Positions 18,777 to 26,951 of a stretch of DNA of 64,000 bases are shown here, one piece after another. The notes under the pieces were generated by a model. That model was not told the DNA's origin and searched no databases. It saw only the letters and a list, made by a program, of their open reading frames with translations. Position numbers and translations under genes: made by a program. The stretch's first letter is position 1. Each line of letters starts with the position of its first letter. The DNA comes from Candidatus Latescibacterota bacterium (GTDB lineage: Bacteria; Latescibacterota; UBA2968), in assembly GCA_965116885.1 (NCBI GenBank), contig OZ220741.1, forward strand, positions 1 to 64,000, written 5' to 3'.

Positions 18777-19922
18777 ATGACCAGCACTAAAAATATAGAT
18801 CTATTACAACGTGATTTCATCGACATGCTCAAGGCGACAGGTAGTTTGAAGAATAAGGCAATAGAACATGCCCTCCAATCGACACCGAGACATCTGTTTG
18901 TCGATCGAATCCATGCATTGGGAAAGCGGAAAGGCTTAATTGAGGTCGATCCGAAATGCCCCACCTCGAACCAATTGGAGAGAATTTATTCCGACGAAGC
19001 TTTGCTCAGCCACCTCAACCCACCAAGCTCGACATCCCAACCTTCTCTCGTCGTTCACATGCTGGACGTTCTATCCGTGCACGCAGGCCATCGCGTATTT
19101 GAAATTGGCGCAGGCACCGGATGGAATGCCGCTCTATTAGCCCATCTCGCAGGACCTGACGGACATGTTGTGACAATGGATATTCAACCCGATGTTACGC
19201 GCAGGGCACGCCGTCACTTGAAGCGACAGGGCACAAAAAATGTTCGTGTAATAACGGGTGATGCATCAAAAGGCTATGCGAAAGAAGCGCCTTTTGATCG
19301 GCTGATCACCACGGTTACGTGCCCAACCCTGTTCCCCGCCTGGTGGGAGCAACTATCGCCCAAAGGCATCATGGTATTGACGTTAAACGACTTCCCGGGT
19401 GAGAGCCACTGCCTCATGTTGAAATTACAAAAGCGAAAAGATCATCTCAGTGGGAAAGTAATATCTCTTCCTGGATTTATGCTCTTCACAGGCAGACCTG
19501 GAATGACTCTTCAGTGGGATCAGGCTCAGAAATTAGTCGAGAAATTTGCCAGAAAACGACCAGCCGCCAAAGAGCGCGCTTCCTGGGCGGATATTCTAGA
19601 TGGAAGGGGAAACTGGACTTTACGGAGGGATCTGGCGTTCTTTGCTCAACTTCAGGGATTAACCGTAATACCTATGCAGAATGCTTTTGTACTCACCACC
19701 CATAATAGATCGAATATCTGTATCATGCACGAAAATCACATAACTGCATACGGAGGGAATGAGTGTTTCGACAAACTCAAAGAAGCGCAAACAAAATGGC
19801 TTCGTTCAGGCACACCATCCCGCCAGGACTACTGTGTAGAAGTATGGCCGAGTACTGTCCACCGACCAAATAGCTGGGAGCTACGCCACGAAGACGTAAC
19901 TTTTATTTTCAACCTAAAATGA
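18777..19922 (+). CDS. Long protein-L-isoaspartate O-methyltransferase family protein (FxLD-system-like)
   Basis: PRHLF, SSTSQPSLV, FEIGAGTGWNAALL, APFDR; extended C-terminal domain. Confidence 0.82.
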   Translation: MTSTKNIDLLQRDFIDMLKATGSLKNKAIEHALQSTPRHLFVDRIHALGKRKGLIEVDPKCPTSNQLERIYSDEALLSHLNPPSSTSQPSLVVHMLDVLSVHAGHRVFEIGAGTGWNAALLAHLAGPDGHVVTMDIQPDVTRRARRHLKRQGTKNVRVITGDASKGYAKEAPFDRLITTVTCPTLFPAWWEQLSPKGIMVLTLNDFPGESHCLMLKLQKRKDHLSGKVISLPGFMLFTGRPGMTLQWDQAQKLVEKFARKRPAAKERASWADILDGRGNWTLRRDLAFFAQLQGLTVIPMQNAFVLTTHNRSNICIMHENHITAYGGNECFDKLKEAQTKWLRSGTPSRQDYCVEVWPSTVHRPNSWELRHEDVTFIFNLK

Positions 19923-19931
19923 CACGGACGC
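19902..19931 (+). repeat. Left copy of 30-bp direct repeat, containing the methyltransferase stop codon
   Basis: tttattttcaacctaaaatgacacggacgc; 28/30 identical to 22158-22187 with a 19-bp exact core. Confidence 0.8.
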
Positions 19932-20186
19932 GCGTTGAGAATGATGCAGTCGTTATCGAGGTGGAGGATAACGGGGTTGGGATGGATGAGGCGACCCGTC
20001 AGCGTCTTTTTGAGCCTTTTTTTCTGACAAAGGATGCCGATCAGGACACCGGGTTTGGGGCTGTCGATTATTTACGCCATTGTTCGCAATCACGATGGGC
20101 AGATCGCTGTCGAGAGCGAACAGGGCGTGGGGACGATGTTTAAGGTGATGTTGCCGGTGGTGGAGAGAGACCTACCTCCGGCCTGA
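19919..20186 (+). pseudogene. Histidine kinase HATPase_c C-terminal fragment, frameshifted
   Basis: IEVEDNGVGM, LFEPFFLTK, then after a frameshift near 20054 LGLSIIYAIVRNHDGQIAVESEQGVGTMFKVMLP; no N-terminal domains. Confidence 0.82.
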
Positions 20187-20304
20187 GAGGAAAGGGAGGG
20201 AAGGTATAGGTGTATGCATGTGTAGTTATAGATATTACAACCGTATAGATGCCCCTGAGTGCTTATCAAATAGCAAAAATCCATTATCGTCTTGACAAAG
20301 ATAG

Positions 20305-20641
20305 AAAGGCCCAAATGTAGGTGATAGATACCCCAATCGCTCAAAAGGTAGTCAGTAAAGCTCCCTTTAAGGACTGTTTTGGTCATATGGGGTGTGACAT
20401 CGACGCCTTGCTCCAGTTTTTCTTGTACAGAGTCTATGCCATCGCGTATTTCTTGTGAGAGACTTTTAGAGGTAAGAGTATTCGACCGAAAAACCTGATA
20501 CTTCTGCTGTGGAATCAGTTTGAGGCATACATTCATCCACATCTGAATGAAGTCTTCATCCGTCTTTGCTCTGAAACTATCCACACCGTAATGATCCAAG
20601 AATTGCTTGGCGATTTTGCGGAGATCATTTCTAAAATCCAT
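20305..20641 (-). pseudogene. Truncated hypothetical protein ending near DWGIYHLHLG
   Basis: GAGG RBS and protein-like N-terminal ~110 aa; the rest of the 183-aa ORF looks non-coding and overlaps the kinase relic. Confidence 0.5.
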
Positions 20642-20743
20642 TATTACCTCATCAGTTTTATCTTTACGAGCATCAAATCCGTCAGCTTAAAAAATAAAAT
20701 AGACGCGCCCGAAGATATTGTCAAATCAGCAAGGCCATTTTGG

Positions 20744-20788
20744 GATCGTGGCACGCTGTTTCTGGATGAGGTTGGGGATATGCCTGCG
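20744..20788 (+). pseudogene. Micro-fragment of a sigma54-dependent activator AAA+ domain
   Basis: Encodes DRGTLFLDEVGDMPA (Walker B region) in otherwise unrelated sequence. Confidence 0.55.
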
Positions 20789-20817
20789 GTGCGCTGGCGT
20801 CAATGACCAGATGAAGG

Positions 20818-20852
20818 AAAGCCCGTCAATCGGTAATGATCAACAGGCTTTT
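20818..20852 (-). terminator. Hairpin downstream of RES toxin gene
   Basis: Minus strand AAAGCCTGTTGATC-ATTACC-GATTGACGGGCTTT, fully paired allowing G-U. Confidence 0.5.
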
Positions 20853-20923
20853 GTGGTGAATTTCGGCAGAGTGCTGCGCACTTGACCTAGGAGTTTCACC
20901 CTCCTCCATCATGTACGCCAGGC

Positions 20924-21517
20924 TTATGGTCTTGTCAATGTGATGTCATAGTCGTTCAGAGCGTTCCAAAGATCGGCGTGTTGAGTCAATGGCCTGACTG
21001 CCAGCGTATCCAATTTATCGAACGCCCGATCAAAAATGGCACCGCACCAATGCCCCGTAAATCGTGAGTGATACAGAAATCCATCGGCGTCTGGAAGATG
21101 GGCATAGACATCCGAGGATAATGAACGGCCTTCGAGGTGGTTCGAGTCGTGGACAACATCCGGGGGAGCACCAATACGGATTGGTCCATCCCCTCGGAGG
21201 TCCACAAGATTCAAATCCTGCTGAGATTGGAACGACACGACCAGCCTGGAAGTAATGCCTGGTCTTGGGATTACGCGAGGCAGGCGGCGTGTCAAGCTGT
21301 TACGCACCACAGCCTCCCATAAGCTGCACGGCACGGTTTCAGCCCCGTACAGCACAGCATAGTTCCCGGCCGGATCGCTGAATCGGCTCGGCACAGGAAT
21401 GGCATTAATCGGTGTGGCGGCGTGGCGTTGTTTAATGACACGGAACATCGACGCAATCCGGAACGTGCGAATCTGTGCTTCAATACGCCCTATAAGATCG
21501 ACATAGCTCGCCATCAT
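20924..21517 (-). CDS. RES-domain toxin
   Basis: FRV...SRF...VLYGAE...LWEAVVR...LVDL...DGFLYHSRFTG...AIFDRA; start overlaps the antitoxin stop. Confidence 0.85.
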   Translation of the reverse strand: MMASYVDLIGRIEAQIRTFRIASMFRVIKQRHAATPINAIPVPSRFSDPAGNYAVLYGAETVPCSLWEAVVRNSLTRRLPRVIPRPGITSRLVVSFQSQQDLNLVDLRGDGPIRIGAPPDVVHDSNHLEGRSLSSDVYAHLPDADGFLYHSRFTGHWCGAIFDRAFDKLDTLAVRPLTQHADLWNALNDYDITLTRP

Positions 21518-21957
21518 CCAAAGTCACCTTGGAGGTATCCTTTAGCGGCAGCCTTAACACGGGCGACTTCTCCTTTGTGAAGAAGGGCAAGCGGTTCCGC
21601 TCCATCAAGCGCGTCGTTTGGTGCTGTCAGCCAATACCACATTTCATAGGCGTCATCGAATAGCTTGGTAATACGATCAAGCCTTTTGATAGGCTGTCCT
21701 TGTTTGTCGAATTGTCCAGCGGGAAAGACATAATCGTGCTTGGCATTTTTCCATCCGACTATATGCCCTTTCTTCAGCCAGTCGTGAACAACTTGGTGGT
21801 GATTGAGGCCAGCGAGAGCGACAAGTTGAGAGGAAGTTAGCAGGTCTTCCAGGCCTTCGATCTCTTGGGTATTTGCCTTGATCAATTCGTTCGCCTGTTG
21901 TTCATCAATTAGACATGGTTCGGTACCTTCAATGATTTCTATATTTTGCGTATTCAT
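21514..21957 (-). CDS. Xre/MbcA/ParS-type antitoxin
   Basis: HTH-like segment, YVFPAGQF, WLTAPNDALDGAEPLALL C-terminal domain; GGAG RBS before MNTQ. Confidence 0.82.
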   Translation of the reverse strand: MNTQNIEIIEGTEPCLIDEQQANELIKANTQEIEGLEDLLTSSQLVALAGLNHHQVVHDWLKKGHIVGWKNAKHDYVFPAGQFDKQGQPIKRLDRITKLFDDAYEMWYWLTAPNDALDGAEPLALLHKGEVARVKAAAKGYLQGDFG

Positions 21958-22010
21958 TTTCGATTCTCCAGTGCTTGAGTGCTTATTCCACAACTTCCCG
22001 GCACATGGGA

Positions 22011-22046
22011 AATATAGCCTCTTTTGGATGTCTGTCAACATTTGAC
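22011..22046 (-). promoter_or_regulatory. sigma70 promoter of TA operon with overlapping inverted repeat
   Basis: TTGACA (22038-22033), 16 nt, TATATT (22016-22011); GTCAA-cat-TTGAC palindrome over the -35. Confidence 0.55.
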
Positions 22047-22157
22047 GAGCAGCATGTTTGATTCACGGATCTGTAGCCCAAAAATTGAACCAGTTTGCAG
22101 GCTAATTTGCGCTATGTCACAGCCTTTATACCGATTCTACCATTGGGGTACATCTCA

Positions 22158-22187
22158 TTTATTTTTACCCTAAAATGACACGGACGC
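22158..22187 (+). repeat. Right copy of 30-bp direct repeat
   Basis: tttatttttaccctaaaatgacacggacgc. Confidence 0.8.
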
Positions 22188-22197
22188 AGACAGACCA

Positions 22198-23115
22198 CTA
22201 TGTAATCACACCGCGTTTGCGAAGCATATCGTCCACCTCATCATCGCCCGTTGTTTTGCCACCAAAGTTGAACTCCGACCCCACATTGAGCAACAACTCA
22301 ATCACCCCCGTATAATCGGCATCTGGCACGGGATGATTCGCCAAAAAGTACATCGTTGAACCAAGAGCTGTACCGTCAAAATCATTTTTCAACTCAACAG
22401 ACGCTCCGTATCCCAGAAGCATCTCGACCATATCTCTCCGACCGCGTTGTGATGCCAACATCAACCCCGTATTATTTGCCCCGCCCCTTGCGTCTATATC
22501 CACGCCGCATTTGATAAGACATTCTGCCACCCCAGTGTGTCCATATTTACAAGCGGACCAGAATGCCTCTTCCAACTCCCTGCGGGCTAAACCTCCCCCA
22601 TCGACAAATCTCTCGACCAACTCAAGCTCTCCCAGCCCAGCGGCGACTTCGACATTCATGATCTTTGCACCGCATTCAAGAAGAGCCTGAACCGACTCGG
22701 GATACTCAGAACTAAGCGCGAGCCTTAGTGGTTCACCATCTCCCTTTATCCCATCTACCCTGGCACCCGCATTGACGAACACGCTCACAAGCTCAGCGGC
22801 GACACCCGATTTATGTGGGTGAAAGCTGGTCACCAGCGAAACAAGGGGTGTAGTCCCAGATCCCCCATCCAGGAACGTAGCATCTATTTCAGCACCAGCA
22901 TCGATCAGCACATTTGCTACATCAACCGCGTTGACAGGTGTCCTCTGCCGTTCATCTTCCACGCCATTTGCCGCCACATAGTGAATCAACATCGCCCTAT
23001 GTGCTCTGGATGATCGCCTGCGAATCAGATCAGGCTCTCTCTCAAGCAGCGATTGAAGCGTCTCCGTATCGCCTGAAATCACGGCATCAACTGCTTCCTC
23101 AAATTTCTCAGTCAT
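22198..23115 (-). CDS. Ankyrin repeat protein
   Basis: Repeated LIDAGAEID / GTTPL / NTGLMLASQRG...LLGYGASVE motifs. Confidence 0.85.
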   Translation of the reverse strand: MTEKFEEAVDAVISGDTETLQSLLEREPDLIRRRSSRAHRAMLIHYVAANGVEDERQRTPVNAVDVANVLIDAGAEIDATFLDGGSGTTPLVSLVTSFHPHKSGVAAELVSVFVNAGARVDGIKGDGEPLRLALSSEYPESVQALLECGAKIMNVEVAAGLGELELVERFVDGGGLARRELEEAFWSACKYGHTGVAECLIKCGVDIDARGGANNTGLMLASQRGRRDMVEMLLGYGASVELKNDFDGTALGSTMYFLANHPVPDADYTGVIELLLNVGSEFNFGGKTTGDDEVDDMLRKRGVIT

Positions 23116-23118
23116 CTT

Positions 23119-23793
23119 TCAAACCCCCTCATCCTTCACCACTTCCCCATCGAGCAAATGCACAATGCGTTTGCTGTAGCCCGCCCACTTTTCCGAATGC
23201 GTCACCTGCACAATCGTTGTCCCTTCCCCGTGCAATTTGGTAAACAAATTCATCACATGCTCGCCCTGCGTGGAATTTAAATTTCCCGTGGGTTCATCTG
23301 CCAGAATCACGCGCGGTTTGATCACCACGGCACGCGCAACACCCACGCGCTGTTGTTCGCCGCCGGACAACTGGTGGGGAAACAGATCCTTCTTCTCCAC
23401 CAGATCAAACTCATCCAGCATCGCATTCACCATCTCCTCGCGTTCATCTCCCTTCACCTTCTTGTACAACAAAGGCGTCTCAATATTTCCGTACACAGTC
23501 AGCTCATCAATCAAATGATAGCTCTGAAACACAAAGCCGATATTGTTCTTGTGACAATCTGACCGCTCGCGCTCGCGCATCTTATGCACGGCATCGCCAT
23601 CAAACAAGTATTCCCCTCTATTCGCCGAGTCCAGCATGCCCATAATGTGCAACAACGTGGATTTGCCTGAACCAGAAGGTCCCATAATGGACACAAACTC
23701 CCCAGACGCAACCTCCAGATCAATCCCCTGCAACACAACCGTCCGAATAAAACGCGACGAATACCACTTTTGAATACCCGACATCTTAATCAT
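23119..23793 (-). CDS. ABC transporter ATP-binding protein (MacB/LolD family), no adjacent permease
   Basis: GPSGSGKS, LSGGEQQR, LADEPTGNL; GAGGAGG RBS. Confidence 0.9.
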   Translation of the reverse strand: MIKMSGIQKWYSSRFIRTVVLQGIDLEVASGEFVSIMGPSGSGKSTLLHIMGMLDSANRGEYLFDGDAVHKMRERERSDCHKNNIGFVFQSYHLIDELTVYGNIETPLLYKKVKGDEREEMVNAMLDEFDLVEKKDLFPHQLSGGEQQRVGVARAVVIKPRVILADEPTGNLNSTQGEHVMNLFTKLHGEGTTIVQVTHSEKWAGYSKRIVHLLDGEVVKDEGV

Positions 23794-23851
23794 CTCGCAC
23801 CTCCTCTATAATCTAATACTGAACGACGGATCAAATTGTAACCCCATCTAC

Positions 23852-23867
23852 TGCAATATCCGTGCCA
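23852..23867 (-). promoter_or_regulatory. sigma54 (-24/-12) promoter
   Basis: Minus strand TGGCACGGATATTGCA matches the TGGCACG-N4-TTGCW consensus, ~60 nt upstream of the ATPase start. Confidence 0.8.
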
Positions 23868-23928
23868 AAATATTTATCTCATTATTTTTCAACCTGTTAT
23901 AAAAAATCGGCTAAATTGCACAACATCG

Positions 23929-23970
23929 CAAGTGTCCGATATTGATACACAAGTGTCCGAAAATGAACAC
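23929..23970. promoter_or_regulatory. Tandem upstream activator sites for a sigma54 enhancer-binding protein
   Basis: CAAGTGTCCGA repeated at 23929 and 23950 (21-bp period), each forming GTGT-N10/11-ACAC; IHF-like TTTCAACCTGTTA at ~23887-23899. Confidence 0.6.
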
Positions 23971-23986
23971 TTAAAACCAAAATCCA

Positions 23987-24883
23987 CTATACCTTCACCT
24001 TCAACGCACCCGGAACAACCTCAATCTTTGCGGGAATCTCACACATCGGTTCCCCATCCGCAAAAATCCACAAAGGATCATCGGACTCAATCTGCAAAGT
24101 GCTGGTCTGCACAACGCGCACAGCCGAATGACCAACATGAGCGCCGGAATACGCGCGCAAAAACATCCGCAGAACCGTCCAGCGAGAAACATCTGCCACA
24201 ATGCACACATCCAGCACCCCATCATCAACCATGGCATCAGGTGCAATTTTGACCCCACTCCCATAAAAAGGCGCATTCGCCGTTGCCGCCAGCAAAATAC
24301 GCCCCTCAAAAACGCCAAAATCTCCCCGCAAACGCACAAGAGAAGATCGATATCCGACCAGTGTTCGCAAAACTGTCAGCCCATAAGACACCGTTCCTCC
24401 CACCTTCAAAGCCCGTGTGAGAAAACCAGTCCCCTGATTCTGCATCCTTTGCGCCACCGCAGTATCGAAACCCAAACTCGCAACAGTCGCAAAAAATCGG
24501 TCACCCACTTTCCCCAGATCAATCGCGCGATCCACTCCATGCACCAGCGTATTGACCACATCCTCCACATCACTGGACAGCCCCAACGCCCGTACCAAAT
24601 CATTCCCGCGACCACAGGGCACAATCCCCAAAACCGCATCTGAATTTGCGAGACCATTGACCACCTCATGCACTGTCCCATCCCCCCCACACGCAGCAAC
24701 CTGTCGTGCCCCACGCGCCAATGCTTCCTGCGCTAACCGCTCGCAATCGCCCGGTGCTCCCGACATCATCAAATCGACATATACACCGCGCTCGTGCAAC
24801 AAATCCGCAACCCGCTCACCTGTGCGCCTTGCACGGCCGCGGCCTGAAACGGGATTTGCAATAATTGTCCAATGATTTGACAT
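23987..24883 (-). CDS. Diacylglycerol/lipid kinase family protein (YegS/DgkB-like)
   Basis: IIANPVSG, GGDGTVHEVVNG, GRGNDL, ADGE. Confidence 0.88.
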   Translation of the reverse strand: MSNHWTIIANPVSGRGRARRTGERVADLLHERGVYVDLMMSGAPGDCERLAQEALARGARQVAACGGDGTVHEVVNGLANSDAVLGIVPCGRGNDLVRALGLSSDVEDVVNTLVHGVDRAIDLGKVGDRFFATVASLGFDTAVAQRMQNQGTGFLTRALKVGGTVSYGLTVLRTLVGYRSSLVRLRGDFGVFEGRILLAATANAPFYGSGVKIAPDAMVDDGVLDVCIVADVSRWTVLRMFLRAYSGAHVGHSAVRVVQTSTLQIESDDPLWIFADGEPMCEIPAKIEVVPGALKVKV

Positions 24884-24907
24884 AAGAATAAAAAGAAAAC
24901 TCACCTC

Positions 24908-25042
24908 ATGATGAGATGAGTAAAAGATAAGTTAAGAGTCGATCTTCTGGAGCAACTACCCCGGTAACTACCCCGGTAATTTGAACTCAAGCGTCGTGCC
25001 TTCCCCTTCTTGAATAAGAATTTCAAGGTCAGAAGACGTCAC
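24908..25042 (-). pseudogene. Internally deleted relic of an AlbA_2 (Schlafen-like) DNA-binding protein gene
   Basis: GGGAGAG RBS, VTSSDLEILIQEGEGTTLEFK then stop at 24968; 12-bp tandem repeat at 24954-24977 encodes TGVVTGVV in another frame. Confidence 0.6.
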
Positions 25043-25052
25043 ATTCTCTCCC

Positions 25053-26108
25053 TTAAATCCCAAACCTCTGTTTCAATCTCTGAATCCGATTAAAAGATTC
25101 GCAAATGCGACCTTCTCCAATAACGCCATCTACTACCGCCTGCACAATAGCATCTTTTACCTCATACACCTGCTCAATATTGTATTCCCCAATCTGGTTG
25201 CCGAGCAAAATCATATCAACACCTGCTTTTACAGCCTCAACAACCGCTTCTGTCAACCCATACGCCTCAACAATCGCCCCCATCTGCATATCATCGGAAA
25301 TAACGACCCCATCAAAACCCAGCTCATCCCTCAGGAGCCTCGTCATAATATCATACGACAAAGTTGCCGGTCTTCCGCTCTTATCGAGCTTCCGATTCAC
25401 AATATGCGCGGTAAGAATCGGATCGTCATAGCCTCTCTGGATAAATTTTTGATACGGCAAAAGCTCTTTCGAAAGTCGGTATGTCTCCGTAACATCAGTA
25501 ACACCGAGATGCGTATCACCCGCCGCACTTCCATGCCCGGGAAAGTGTTTCAGCGTCGGTATCACCTGCTGTTCTCGATGCGCCTTAATAAACGCATTGG
25601 CATGCGCCACCACGGTCCTCGGCACATCGCTAAATGACCGTTCTATCGCGCCAACAGCAGGACTTTTGGGATCTATATTCACATCGACAACCGGAGCAAA
25701 ATTCCAGTTAATCCCCATCTCTTTCAATTCGCACGCAAGAGCATTTGCTACCTTTTTTGTCTCACCCGGAGACTGCCCACCGAGTGCTTGAGCAGACGGC
25801 ACAGAAACCGAAAAACCATACTTCTTTTTCAGCCGGTTGACATACCCACCCTCTGCGTCAACTGCGATAAAATAAGGCGCTATATCCTGAAGCGCTGTGG
25901 TCAATGCGCGCAATTGACGCGGAGACGTAATATTCCGCACCACCTCACCTTTACTCGGCAAATCATAATCAAAAAGCACAACCCCACCGGGCTGAATATC
26001 CCCCAGCATCGTCGCAATATCCCCATATAGAACATCACCGCGAAAACCGATCATCAGCATCTGCCCCACGGCTTCTTCTACGGAAGTTCCAAGATCACCA
26101 GGCGTCAC
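25053..26108 (-). CDS. GH3 beta-N-acetylhexosaminidase (NagZ-like)
   Basis: DAEGGYVNRL, NFAPVVD, KHFPGHG, DTH, ISDDMQM; GTG start overlaps SDR stop (GTGA). Confidence 0.85.
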   Translation of the reverse strand: MTPGDLGTSVEEAVGQMLMIGFRGDVLYGDIATMLGDIQPGGVVLFDYDLPSKGEVVRNITSPRQLRALTTALQDIAPYFIAVDAEGGYVNRLKKKYGFSVSVPSAQALGGQSPGETKKVANALACELKEMGINWNFAPVVDVNIDPKSPAVGAIERSFSDVPRTVVAHANAFIKAHREQQVIPTLKHFPGHGSAAGDTHLGVTDVTETYRLSKELLPYQKFIQRGYDDPILTAHIVNRKLDKSGRPATLSYDIMTRLLRDELGFDGVVISDDMQMGAIVEAYGLTEAVVEAVKAGVDMILLGNQIGEYNIEQVYEVKDAIVQAVVDGVIGEGRICESFNRIQRLKQRFGI

Positions 26109-26917
26109 GCCACATCTCCCAAACCCTGATCCCTCATCTTCCTCTTCACCAGCCACTCGACAATTTTGGGATGAATCACTTGAAGAAAGGGCAATGCGCG
26201 GTGATGCCAGGGAAGCACCAATTCGCGCCTCTGTTTTCGCATCGCTTTCAAAATTGCCGCGCAACAATATACAAGAGAAAGCGCCTCTTTGTTGTGCCGT
26301 TGTGAAGAATCGCCCAGTGCTTCACCATCCTTCCCAAAAGCGTGTTGTCTCAGATTCGTCCCCTGAAGCCAATGCGGCAAAACCGTCAACACATGCACAT
26401 CTTCAACTTCCAGACGCAGAGCATTTAAAAAACCCAGCACCGCGTGCTTTGACGCACCATATCCCGTATGCAAAGGCACGCCAAATTTGCCCTGCAAAGA
26501 TGCAATGGCCACAATCATACCCTTCGAAACTTTCAAATGTGGCAATGCCGCGTGTACGCAATAGACCAGACCGAGATAATTGGTCTCCATCAGCTTGCGA
26601 AACACCTCCAAATCCTCCACTTCGTCAAACCGCGCCCACATACTAATCCCGGCATTGGCAATCAAATAATCTATGCGACCAAATTCTGCAATCGTCGCCT
26701 CAACCAATTGCTCACAATCTTCGGCCTGTGTCACATCCCCCACCACTGTCACCACCTCTGCGCCCAACCGCCGACACTGCTCAGCCGTCTCGCCCAGCCT
26801 TTCCTCTCGCCGAGCAAATAATGTCAGGTGTGCGCCCTGCTTCGCCAGTTCCAGAGCCAACGCAGCTCCAAGCCCCGAAGACGCGCCTGTAATAATCGCT
26901 ACCTTATCGCAAAACAT
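26105..26917 (-). CDS. SDR oxidoreductase, DHRS7B-like; candidate acyl/alkyl-DHAP reductase
   Basis: TGASSGLG, NAGIS, METNYLG, IVAIASLQGK, YGASKHA; start may be a few codons upstream. Confidence 0.8.
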   Translation of the reverse strand: MFCDKVAIITGASSGLGAALALELAKQGAHLTLFARREERLGETAEQCRRLGAEVVTVVGDVTQAEDCEQLVEATIAEFGRIDYLIANAGISMWARFDEVEDLEVFRKLMETNYLGLVYCVHAALPHLKVSKGMIVAIASLQGKFGVPLHTGYGASKHAVLGFLNALRLEVEDVHVLTVLPHWLQGTNLRQHAFGKDGEALGDSSQRHNKEALSLVYCCAAILKAMRKQRRELVLPWHHRALPFLQVIHPKIVEWLVKRKMRDQGLGDVA

Positions 26918-26951
26918 TGCGCCATTCAAAATCAATAGGTCCTTTCCATTT

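Noticed and set aside
19919..20143. Intact 74-aa gene
   Set aside because: It is the first half of a frameshifted kinase fragment; its tail is out of frame.
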